33,729 nucleotides of DNA, from positions 1 to 33,729 of the IMG/VR virus record IMGVR_UViG_3300042431_000344; one strand, 5' to 3'. Under the pieces are notes generated by a model. It was not told where the DNA came from. It ran no database searches and saw only the letters and a list, made by a program, of their open reading frames with translations. Source of the DNA: a virus (taxonomy: Duplodnaviria > Caudoviricetes). A program made the translations under genes and the position numbers. Shown piece after piece: positions 25,764 through 33,729 of the stretch; the first letter of the stretch is position 1; the number at the start of each line of letters is the position of its first letter.

Positions 25764-27401
25764 ATGCCTACATTGGTTAAGAACGCGGACCTCACAGTGT
25801 CCTTAGTGGTTACAGGGGCCAACTTCGCCTCTCACATGACTGTGCAGATAGATCGGATGAAGGTGCCGTACACGGAGTTCATCAACTCTGGTGAGTTCAG
25901 GTCGAACAACTTCGACCAATCAAGGTACGCCGAAGGTGTTCACCTCGTCAGAGTTGGCAGTAGTGCTTACTGGTCCAATGAGGTGCCCTTTACCATCGGC
26001 TCCGTAACCTCACCGCCTGTCGCTCCTGTGTTGAACTCACTCACTCCGTCGCAGATCGACCCGCCCGCAACTGACCCGACCAAGATCACCCTCACAGGAC
26101 TGAACTTCGCCGCAGGCTGCGGGGCCTACTTCGATGGCGTGGCTGTTCCGACAACCATCATCAGCAACTCGACTGCGGAGATCCTGGTCCCCGCCTCGAT
26201 GCTGCCTGGGAACTCGGCGCATACGGTCAAGATCGGATACGTCTCGCAGGGCATCTGGTCGAACGAGAAGGTGTTCATCGTTACCCCGCCGCCGCCGTTC
26301 ATTTCTTCGCTGTCGCCAGTCACAATCACTAGCGCGCAGGCTGCCGATGGGGAGACTGTCACGATCACTGGCGGTAACTTCCTGACCGCCCCGACCGTGG
26401 CTGTCGATGGTGTCAGCAAGGCTTCTACGTTCGTGTCGGCGAGTTCAATCACCGTTGCACTGGCCGCTGCTGACCTGGCAACTGGCGACCACACCGTCAA
26501 GGTGACTAACACCGACGGCAAGTCCAGCAACGTGATGACGCTGACTGTGGAGCCGCCTGCCCCGCCTGCTGACCCGACCCTGACCAGCCTGACCCCCGCG
26601 TCGATCAACCGTCAGATGATGGCTGACCCGACCATCGTGGTGTTGAAGGGCACTAACTTCCGTGACGGCATGGTTGCCAAGATCGACGGAGGCGCGGCCC
26701 TGCGCTCACTGACGTTCGTGTCGGCCACGGAGATGCACCTGTCTGTGCCGCGCTCACTGGTTTCGACTGCTAAGACGTACACCGTCGAGGTCGGTATGAC
26801 GGGGGAGACGTTCACGGCGTCGAAGAACCTGGTCGTGACCGCCGTGAACCCGACGATGGTGTCCGTTACGCCTGCTGCTCCCGCTTGGGAGTCCATCACC
26901 GACCCGATGGTGGTCACCCTCGCTGGAACGCAGTTCACCCCGAACATGACCGTGACCCGCACGGGTACTTCGGTGCCGTTCACGTTCGTGTCAGCGACCA
27001 GCGCCACGGTGTCCCTGCCGAAGTCGCAGTACGCCCCGTTCACGGCCTACGAGTTCAAGGTTGGCGTCCCCGCTAACTCGGTCCTGTCGAATGGCCGCAC
27101 GGTGTCTGTCGCCCACGCCAAGCCGAACCTGACCTCTGCCACCCCGAACTCGGGTGTCACGGGTGGCACGGTTGCCGTGACATTCGCTGGCACGCTGTTC
27201 GCCTCTGGCCTCAAGGTGTACCTCGATGGCACCGATGTCGGAGCCGCTACTGGCGTCACCTCGACTGCTGCTTCGTTCAACCTGAACCTGGCGACTGTCG
27301 CCGCTGGCGCTCACACGCTGGCTGTCGGCTACTCGGACGCGAAGTCGAACACTGTGCCGTTCACGGTCGCTGCTGCTGACGCACCCGTGGTGACGGCCTA
27401 A
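25764..27401 (+). CDS. Multi-IPT/TIG (Ig-like) repeat protein
   Basis: About six repeats of P..(T/S)S(L/V)TP...T(L/I)TG.NF...FVSAT; GAAGGA RBS. Confidence 0.82.
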   Translation: MPTLVKNADLTVSLVVTGANFASHMTVQIDRMKVPYTEFINSGEFRSNNFDQSRYAEGVHLVRVGSSAYWSNEVPFTIGSVTSPPVAPVLNSLTPSQIDPPATDPTKITLTGLNFAAGCGAYFDGVAVPTTIISNSTAEILVPASMLPGNSAHTVKIGYVSQGIWSNEKVFIVTPPPPFISSLSPVTITSAQAADGETVTITGGNFLTAPTVAVDGVSKASTFVSASSITVALAAADLATGDHTVKVTNTDGKSSNVMTLTVEPPAPPADPTLTSLTPASINRQMMADPTIVVLKGTNFRDGMVAKIDGGAALRSLTFVSATEMHLSVPRSLVSTAKTYTVEVGMTGETFTASKNLVVTAVNPTMVSVTPAAPAWESITDPMVVTLAGTQFTPNMTVTRTGTSVPFTFVSATSATVSLPKSQYAPFTAYEFKVGVPANSVLSNGRTVSVAHAKPNLTSATPNSGVTGGTVAVTFAGTLFASGLKVYLDGTDVGAATGVTSTAASFNLNLATVAAGAHTLAVGYSDAKSNTVPFTVAAADAPVVTA

Positions 27402-27442
27402 CCCACGACCGCCCTCATCCAGCCCGACTTAAGGGAGTACGA

Positions 27443-27961
27443 ATGGCAAGCAACTACCCAGCAGGTTTCGACAACCTGAACAATCCCACAGCAGGCGACC
27501 CGCTGGACTCTCTTCAAGTCCCTCACGCCGAACAGCATGCGAATGCAAACAACGCGGTGGAGTCCATTCAGCAGGTGCTCGGCACAAACCCGCAGGGGCG
27601 TTTCCCCACCGTTCGCGATCGCCTCGCCGCCATCGAGGGTACGGGCGATGAGGGCAACAAGATCACGCATCTGACCGACCTTTGGGACGTGGATGTAACT
27701 GACCCCGTCACTGACGGTGCTCTCCTCACCTACGACGCAACCGCTGAAAGTTGGGTGGCTGGGTCAGCAGGTGAGGCAGCGCCCTCAGCACTCGGTGACC
27801 TGTCGGATGTCACTCTGACAGACCCGCAGGTTGGTGATGTCCTCACGTGGGACGGTACCGCGTGGGTAGAAGGTGCAGGCGCGAAGGGGTACACGGTCAG
27901 TGATCGTGTACCGACCGCAAGCGATGGTTCCGACGGGGACATGTGGGTGACGCTGCCGTGA
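27443..27961 (+). CDS. Minor tail / fibre-associated protein
   Basis: ASNYP...D; repeats LTDLWDV/LGDLSDV...LT(Y/W)D...W; ends DGDMW. Confidence 0.7.
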   Translation: MASNYPAGFDNLNNPTAGDPLDSLQVPHAEQHANANNAVESIQQVLGTNPQGRFPTVRDRLAAIEGTGDEGNKITHLTDLWDVDVTDPVTDGALLTYDATAESWVAGSAGEAAPSALGDLSDVTLTDPQVGDVLTWDGTAWVEGAGAKGYTVSDRVPTASDGSDGDMWVTLP

Positions 27962-28752
27962 CAAGTGCAATCCGAGTGAAGAATGCTGGCGAATGGGTAC
28001 AGGTGTATCCGCATCCGCCGCTACCTATAGCACCCGTGCTGACGGCGACAGGAGTCGGTAATGGCATCAGTCTGACTTGGACTGCTGGCACAGTGGCAGC
28101 GGGCTCGATCGGGTCTTATGAGGTCGAGAACGTTCCCGTGCCGTACAACGAGGCGACTGGCGGCACGATGACTACCTACACCTCTGATGGCAGGAAGTTC
28201 GCTCGGCACACCTTCACCGCCAACGGCTCCCTCAATGTCGTCAAAAGCCCTAACCCGTTCTACGTCTACCTGATCGGCGGCGGAGGCGGCGGAGGCAAGA
28301 ACGGCTTTGACGGCGGTGGCCCCCATGGCGGCGGCAAGGGTGGTGGCGGTGGCTACTACATTGGCGAAGCGGTTGGCGTTGCCATTGGGGCTGCGACCAT
28401 CACGGTAGGTGCTGGCGGCTCTGCTGGCACTGCCCACGCTGGCGGCCCTGGCGGCGACTCGATTGCCCTTGGATTCACTTCTGGCGGCGGCGGTTACGGC
28501 GCGTGGGGCCAGGATGCAATCACGGGCGGCGATGGCCGACCTGGCGTACCTGCTCCCGCCGCTAACGGCGGCAACGGTGGCGGCAACAATCACCCGCAGA
28601 CCAGCCCTTGCACAGGCAAGCAGGCCGCACTTGGGCTGGCAACAACCGTTGGCGAAGGTGGCGCAGGTGGCGCGCCAGACGGAGGGCAAGCCTCCATTCC
28701 TGGTCAGGCTGGCAATGCTGGCGCAGTTGTCGTGGAGTACGAGGTGGCCTAA
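27958..28752 (+). CDS. Gly-rich tail/fibre protein with N-terminal half of an Fn3 domain
   Basis: GTGA overlap; PYNEATGG, HTFT.NG, IGGGGGGG, GAVVVEY. Confidence 0.78.
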   Translation: MTSAIRVKNAGEWVQVYPHPPLPIAPVLTATGVGNGISLTWTAGTVAAGSIGSYEVENVPVPYNEATGGTMTTYTSDGRKFARHTFTANGSLNVVKSPNPFYVYLIGGGGGGGKNGFDGGGPHGGGKGGGGGYYIGEAVGVAIGAATITVGAGGSAGTAHAGGPGGDSIALGFTSGGGGYGAWGQDAITGGDGRPGVPAPAANGGNGGGNNHPQTSPCTGKQAALGLATTVGEGGAGGAPDGGQASIPGQAGNAGAVVVEYEVA

Positions 28753-29513
28753 TGACTATTGACAACGTTGGCAACGTACTTGCCAAGACATACACAAGCC
28801 TCACGCCTGGCACTTCCTACGCCTATCGCGTGCGCGCAGTGTCCGCTGAGGGCAGGCGCTCCGCCTGGTCGAACGTCGCTGTAGCAACAGCACTGGAACC
28901 GTACAACGCGGCGACTGGTGGCACTGTGACCGACGTTACGAACTACAACGGCACGGGCCAGAAGTGGCGCGTCCACAGGTTTACGGGGAACGGCACGTTC
29001 ACCGTGTCTACGGCGGCGCAACCGTTCCGCGTGTTTGTTTGTGGTGGCGGCGGCGCGGGCGGCGGCGCTGATAATGCAAGGCACTCCCAAGGCGGAGAAG
29101 GCGCCTACTCCCTTACCAACGACAGTAAGGCGATTCCTGTCGGCGCCCATAGCGTCGTGGTGGGCGCTGGCGGCGCTCCTGTCGGTTGGGGCTACGCGGG
29201 TGAACGTGGCGGCACAGGAGGAACGTCAAACCTTGGCAGCGTCGCAACGGCTCAGGGCGGGCTCGGCGGGTACTTCCCGTCGGCTGGTGAACCTGGCACG
29301 GGCCGCAACGTGACCTCCACAATCTCGGGCGCGTCGGTGACCTACTGCCAAGGCGGCGCGGGTATGGGATGGCCGCAACCAGCAAGCCCGCCCGCGAACA
29401 GCGGCACTGGAGGGCATTCCGGCTACACCACAGCGGGCGGCGCTCCCGGCTCGGGATACCAAGGCGGCGGCGGCGCGACGGGTGTCGTCATCGTCGCGTA
29501 TCGAATCGGATAA
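28752..29513 (+). CDS. Gly-rich tail/fibre protein with C-terminal half of an Fn3 domain
   Basis: TAATG overlap; LTPGTSYAYRVRAVS..G..SAWS; PYNAATGG; GVVIVAY. Confidence 0.78.
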   Translation: MTIDNVGNVLAKTYTSLTPGTSYAYRVRAVSAEGRRSAWSNVAVATALEPYNAATGGTVTDVTNYNGTGQKWRVHRFTGNGTFTVSTAAQPFRVFVCGGGGAGGGADNARHSQGGEGAYSLTNDSKAIPVGAHSVVVGAGGAPVGWGYAGERGGTGGTSNLGSVATAQGGLGGYFPSAGEPGTGRNVTSTISGASVTYCQGGAGMGWPQPASPPANSGTGGHSGYTTAGGAPGSGYQGGGGATGVVIVAYRIG

Positions 29514-29521
29514 GGAGCAGT

Positions 29522-30289
29522 GTGGGTATCTACATCAAAGAAGCGGGCGAGTGGCAGGAGATCGGCCCCGCTAACCCGCCGAGCGTCAAGCAGAAGATGA
29601 TCGGCAGCGGCGGAACCACGTCGTTTGTGTTCATCAACGATGTCCTTCACGCACTCCATGTTTTCAAGGCCAACTCATCGTTCATCTGCACCGCAGCGGG
29701 ATCGGTCGAGTACGTCGTTGTAGGTGGCGGCGGTAACGGCGGAGCGTGGGCTGGCGGCGGTGGCGGAGGTGTTCTCACGGGAACCAAGGCGCTCACCCCC
29801 CAGACATACAACATCGTCATCGGTGCACCAGGCGCAGACACCACGTTCGCTGGCCTCACAGGCGGCGGCGGCGGTGGAGGTGGCGGCGGCACTGGTCGAG
29901 CCACTAACGGTTCTGGCGGTGGTGGTGCGTACCTGGACGGTGCTGGCGGTGGAACCGCTGGCGGCGGTGCAGGCAGTGGTGCTGGTAAGGCTGGCGGGGT
30001 TGGCGGTCAAGGTGCCGACTACGGCGGTAACGGCGCGGGCGGCGGTGGTGGCGGCGCTGGCGGTGTCGGTGGCAACTTCGGCTACCGAGGTGGCGGCGCT
30101 GGCGGTGTTGGCCTCGAAAGCCTGATCACAGGAACCGCGCTCATCTTCGGTCGAGGTGGAGACGGGGCGTGCCCGAATGAAGCAGGCCAAGGACTCCGCT
30201 CACCAGAAGCCAACAGTGGCGGTGGTGGCTCGGGTCGGGCTACTGGTGGCGCAGCAGGCGTCGTCATTATTCGTTATCCAGTCGAGTAG
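29522..30289 (+). CDS. Gly-rich tail/fibre protein
   Basis: AAGGAG then GTG; EYVVVGGGG; GVVIIRYP. Confidence 0.78.
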   Translation: MGIYIKEAGEWQEIGPANPPSVKQKMIGSGGTTSFVFINDVLHALHVFKANSSFICTAAGSVEYVVVGGGGNGGAWAGGGGGGVLTGTKALTPQTYNIVIGAPGADTTFAGLTGGGGGGGGGGTGRATNGSGGGGAYLDGAGGGTAGGGAGSGAGKAGGVGGQGADYGGNGAGGGGGGAGGVGGNFGYRGGGAGGVGLESLITGTALIFGRGGDGACPNEAGQGLRSPEANSGGGGSGRATGGAAGVVIIRYPVE

Positions 30290-30300
30290 GAGATTCGCAA

Positions 30301-30519
30301 ATGAACGTTGCACGCATCAAGGACGGAGTCGTCGTCAACATCGAGGTTGCCGATGAAGAGTGGGTCGCCGCTAACAACGGCATCGATGGTTACGAGTTCA
30401 TCGAGTCCACTGAGGAAATGCCCGCGCACATCGGTCTCTCATGGGAACCGATCAGTGGCTTCGAGCAGCCCTATGTTGCACCAGTCGATCCGCCTACGGA
30501 GCCTACTGAGGCAGCATGA
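30301..30519 (+). CDS. Small protein accompanying Gly-rich fibres
   Basis: AGGAG; ARIKDGVVVNI...AHIG.SW...GF. Confidence 0.7.
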   Translation: MNVARIKDGVVVNIEVADEEWVAANNGIDGYEFIESTEEMPAHIGLSWEPISGFEQPYVAPVDPPTEPTEAA

Positions 30520-30773
30520 TGTCTCGCCGTCTCACCAATCAACTTCTCGACCAGACGGTACAGGCCGCGCGAATTGCTGCGGTCGACCAAACGGTCGTAC
30601 TGCGCTACGGAACTGTCACAGCAGTTGACCCCACCAGCAAGACACTCTCTTGCGAGGTCGGGGGCACGGTGATCCGTGGCGTGCCTCACATGGCGTCCTA
30701 CACGCCAGCAGTCAACGACGTCGTGTGGCTTCTGCATCAGAACTCGCAACTCGTCGCAATCGGTAAGCGCTAA
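30516..30773 (+). CDS. Minor tail protein (OB-fold-like)
   Basis: RYGTVTAV...SYTPAVNDVVWLL...AIG. Confidence 0.7.
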   Translation: MMSRRLTNQLLDQTVQAARIAAVDQTVVLRYGTVTAVDPTSKTLSCEVGGTVIRGVPHMASYTPAVNDVVWLLHQNSQLVAIGKR

Positions 30774-30782
30774 GGAGCCCTC

Positions 30783-31046
30783 ATGCCACAGCAGTACACC
30801 CCGTCGGGATCATCCCAGTCGTACACGATTCCCGAGTATGGCGACATCGTCGACGGTGAGACCGTCTTCCGCACTTACAGCGAAGACGTGGATCGCGCAG
30901 TGCAGACTCGCATCGGTAGCGCCGACGCCAGTGTCACTCAAGCGTCCACAAACCTCGCAGTGCTGCGCAACATCACCGTGTCGACTGCCGCGCCAGCGGG
31001 CAATACGGTCGGTATGGACGGCGACATCTGGTTCGTGTACGTCTGA
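30783..31046 (+). CDS. Minor tail / fibre-associated protein
   Basis: AAGGAG; LRNITVSTAAP...G.DGDIW. Confidence 0.7.
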   Translation: MPQQYTPSGSSQSYTIPEYGDIVDGETVFRTYSEDVDRAVQTRIGSADASVTQASTNLAVLRNITVSTAAPAGNTVGMDGDIWFVYV

Positions 31047-31642
31047 TGGCGGCATCGAAGATCAAGGCTGCGGGGCAGTGGCATGACACTGCGAATGCGT
31101 TCGTCAAGGTCGACGGTGTCTGGCGGACCGTTACCGCGTCGTACGTGAAGACCCCTGGCGGCTGGGGACAGGGCACCATCGGGCAGCCGCCTGCAGCACC
31201 CGTGATGAAGCACACTGCGACGGGCAAGTTCACCATCCAGAATTACGACGCCACGCTCGCGTACACGACTGTGCGAGTAGCAGGCGGCGGCACTGCTTCC
31301 CGCAGCGGAGCGGTCGTAACACTGTCGGATGTCAATGCACGGTTCAGCATCACTGCTGGGTATGCGGCGTCCTCTCCGCAGTCTGGCCTCGGGTACTTCG
31401 AGCGCAAGGCGTACACCTACACCGACGGCGGTCAGTCGTGTTCCCCGAACTGTCGCCCCATCTCAGGTAACTGTTTCAATGGCACAGGTTCGTGCCAGGG
31501 AGACGGTTCGTGTGGGGCTGACGGCACCATCTGCTGCGGTGGATCAGCGGGCTCTACCTGCACTGACAACCCTGACATCAAGGACAACTACGGCCCGCAA
31601 GGCTACGTCGATCAATTCGGAGAGTGGGCAAAGACGGTATGA
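31046..31642 (+). CDS. Tail-associated protein with Cys-rich C-terminus
   Basis: Repeated (Y/F)VK..G.W N-terminus; 8 Cys in about 40 aa. Confidence 0.7.
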   Translation: MAASKIKAAGQWHDTANAFVKVDGVWRTVTASYVKTPGGWGQGTIGQPPAAPVMKHTATGKFTIQNYDATLAYTTVRVAGGGTASRSGAVVTLSDVNARFSITAGYAASSPQSGLGYFERKAYTYTDGGQSCSPNCRPISGNCFNGTGSCQGDGSCGADGTICCGGSAGSTCTDNPDIKDNYGPQGYVDQFGEWAKTV

Positions 31643-31965
31643 ACATGACAATCCCCCGAGGGGCGAACCTCATTCTCGAGTTCGAGTTGCCATTCACTGA
31701 CCCGCCCGAGTCAACCGTGCACCTGAACACTAAGGGTGAGGAACTTGCGTTCTCACACTACGGTGAACTCGTAGCGTCGCTAGACCGCGTCAACAACGCC
31801 GACGTGCTCAAACTCATGCACTACAACTCGAAGTGGTGGATCAGATACGAGAGCCCCGTGCCCTCGTTCCTCCCAGACGGTGTGTCCGAGTACGAGTTCA
31901 TTGTCGTAGGGATGGACGACGAAGTGGTGATGCAGGAGTCAGGCACGGTGACCATCGATGGCTAA
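31639..31965 (+). CDS. Hypothetical protein
   Basis: ATGA overlap; beta-rich, ends ESGTVTID. Confidence 0.65.
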   Translation: MNMTIPRGANLILEFELPFTDPPESTVHLNTKGEELAFSHYGELVASLDRVNNADVLKLMHYNSKWWIRYESPVPSFLPDGVSEYEFIVVGMDDEVVMQESGTVTIDG

Positions 31966-32164
31966 GACAAGCCCAATCGACCTACTGCGTCCGTCGGTGC
32001 CGCGCAGCATGGAGGAGACGGCTCTAACCCGTCTCAACATCTGCAATGGCTGCGACCGTCTGCACGCCAGGATTTGCGGAGAGTGCAAGTGCTTCATGCC
32101 GATGAAGGTGAAGTTGGCACACGCAGAGTGCCCCATCGGCAAGTGGGGCGAAGAGTCCATCTAG
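31958..32164 (+). CDS. Small Cys-rich protein (DUF6171-like)
   Basis: RLNICNGC...CGECKCFM..KVKL...CPIGKW. Confidence 0.75.
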   Translation: MAKTSPIDLLRPSVPRSMEETALTRLNICNGCDRLHARICGECKCFMPMKVKLAHAECPIGKWGEESI

Positions 32165-32182
32165 CCCCACCGCGTCACCAGT

Positions 32183-32216
32183 AGAGCCTCGCCCATCGGC
32201 GGGGCTCTTCCATTTT
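32183..32216 (+). terminator. Probable intrinsic terminator
   Basis: AGAGCCTCGCC-CATC-GGCGGGGCTCT-TCCATTTT. Confidence 0.7.
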
Positions 32217-32233
32217 CAGGCTAAGGAGTCCTC

Positions 32234-33133
32234 TTGCTCGGTATGCACTTCACAGGCTGGGAGAACGAGCCGTGGGTAGATGGCCCGACTCACGTTCGTC
32301 TGTGGGACAACGGTGTCTCATGGCGCGCTATCCACACGGCAGTAGACACGTACAACTGGGATCGCCTTGACGCGATGGTGGACTTCTACACCGCCAAGGG
32401 CGTCAAGATCACATACGTCGCTTGCGCGACTCCGCAATGGCTGGCGATGGACCCGCACGCGCCGCACTTCGCGCCGTGGCTGGGCGAAGGTAGCAACTCG
32501 TTGCCGTATGACATTGACGAGTGGAACAAGTTCATCTGGAATCTGGCGACCCGCTACCAGGGCCGCATCCACTACTACGAAATCTGGAACGAGCCGCAAC
32601 TGGCCGACTTCATGTACCCGTATGACACTTCGACCTGCAACCGCCTGGCGACGATGACTCAGCGTGCGAAGAACACGATTGACTCGATCGACTCTGCCGC
32701 CATGGTGATCTCGGCGTCGGTGTTGCCGCGTCCGTCGTCTGGTGGCATGGACAAGGCGACGAAGTATCTAACGGCTCTCAAGGACAAGGGCTGGCCTGTC
32801 GACGCATACGCCTGCCACATCTACCCCGAGGTTGGCTACTGGGCACCGCGCTGGCGCGACTACTTGGAAGCCGTGAAGGACAAGTTGGCCGCGCTGAACG
32901 CTCCGAACAAGAGCAAGGTCTGGGTGACGGAGACAACTTACGGCCTACTCGGTGACCCGATTCCCGAGGAGAAGGGTAACGACGTCGTAGACCAGACGTA
33001 TCAGCACGCAGAAGCCCTTGGGGTGCAACAGATTTACTGGTACGCGTGGAATCGCCCCGACCTCGGTGGCTTGCAGATCAAGGACGGCAGCACCGCTTGG
33101 GCTGCGATCAAGAGAAATGGAAACCCGTCATGA
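32234..33133 (+). CDS. Clan GH-A glycoside hydrolase (GH5/GH39-like)
   Basis: AAGGAG then TTG; VRLWD..VSW, TPQW, YEIWNEP (acid/base), H.Y, VWVTE (nucleophile), YWYAW. Confidence 0.85.
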   Translation: MLGMHFTGWENEPWVDGPTHVRLWDNGVSWRAIHTAVDTYNWDRLDAMVDFYTAKGVKITYVACATPQWLAMDPHAPHFAPWLGEGSNSLPYDIDEWNKFIWNLATRYQGRIHYYEIWNEPQLADFMYPYDTSTCNRLATMTQRAKNTIDSIDSAAMVISASVLPRPSSGGMDKATKYLTALKDKGWPVDAYACHIYPEVGYWAPRWRDYLEAVKDKLAALNAPNKSKVWVTETTYGLLGDPIPEEKGNDVVDQTYQHAEALGVQQIYWYAWNRPDLGGLQIKDGSTAWAAIKRNGNPS

Positions 33134-33729
33134 GTAGTTGGCAGTTGGTCAAAGGTGGCGTCACTCTGCGTGATCAGATCAACGCACGCTGGACGACCCG
33201 TGACAAGGCCAGCGACGGGTCGGTTGGAGATGCCGACCACGCCGACAGGGAGAGCGATCACAATCCCGACGCGAACGGTTGGGTTCACGCCATTGACGTT
33301 GACGAGGATCTTCGCGGGTCCAAGTACGACAATCGCTGGCTGGCTGATCAGTTGATCGCCTACGCACGCGAGAAGCGTTCGGGCTCCAACAGATTCAAGA
33401 ACATCGTGTACGAGGACCAGGTGGCGTCAGGCACCTATGCCGATACTTACTGGACGTTCCGAGGTAGCGGGTATGGGCACACCCATCACCTGCACATCTC
33501 GTTCACGGCTGCCGCTGAGCAGGGTGGCCAGCACTACGACATTCCGATCCTGGATGGTCAGGCTGATCTGTGGGATGGCTCGGTGCCGTACTTCGACGTG
33601 ATGATCCGTTCGCTGGAGAACGGCGAGAAGAACAAGGCGACCTGGCGGCTTGCGTGCCGTCTGGCCGAGTTGGGCTTCTACCACGGCGACGTTCAGCCCG
33701 AGGGAGAGCAAGGTTTCCCCGTGAAGGCC
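33130..33729 (+). CDS. Endolysin, M15-like Zn peptidase domain then probable peptidoglycan-binding region; 3'-truncated
   Basis: Not in ORF track; my translation MSSWQLVKGGVTLRDQINARW...SDHNPD...HAIDVD...HTHHLHISF...RLAELGFY; ATGA overlap with hydrolase. Confidence 0.8.
   Translation, partial: MSSWQLVKGGVTLRDQINARWTTRDKASDGSVGDADHADRESDHNPDANGWVHAIDVDEDLRGSKYDNRWLADQLIAYAREKRSGSNRFKNIVYEDQVASGTYADTYWTFRGSGYGHTHHLHISFTAAAEQGGQHYDIPILDGQADLWDGSVPYFDVMIRSLENGEKNKATWRLACRLAELGFYHGDVQPEGEQGFPVKA

Larger units (their letters stand above)
1..33729. mobile_element. Temperate actinobacteriophage (siphovirus-like) genome segment
   Basis: Continuous phage gene content (polymerase, RNR, serine integrase, terminase to tape measure to lysin); no clear host housekeeping genes; high GC. 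Confidence 0.95.

Noticed and set aside
28270-30260. GGC/GGT runs as microsatellites or diversity-generating retroelement repeats
   Set aside because: Explained by poly-Gly coding; paralogues differ throughout, and no reverse transcriptase is present

Overview
The whole window is part of a high-GC, temperate, siphovirus-like actinobacteriophage genome, probably assembled as a circle because it runs through the HNH-to-terminase junction where genome ends usually lie. Left to right: family A DNA polymerase (5'-truncated); a small operon (hypothetical, HNH, sigma-70-like factor) in which each gene is preceded by a covarying tRNA-like RNA leader; DUF3310 and a class II ribonucleotide reductase; a large serine recombinase on the minus strand; two HNH-type genes; a compositionally distinct 2.7-kb block with a palindrome-rich non-coding part and five leftward genes (one GP88-like); a complete head-tail module (terS, terL, portal, MuF-like, scaffold, capsid, connectors, tail tube, frameshifted chaperones, tape measure, minor tail, Ig-like and Gly-rich proteins); a clan GH-A glycoside hydrolase; and an endolysin that runs off the end. 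The main unexplained signals are the triplicated tRNA-like leader behind an rrn-boxA-like motif, a 24/27 direct repeat bracketing the RNR-plus-recombinase block, an Fn3 domain split across two tail genes, the distinct leftward block, and near-total absence of CCGG and AGCT. All family calls come from motif recognition by eye; no database searches were run.
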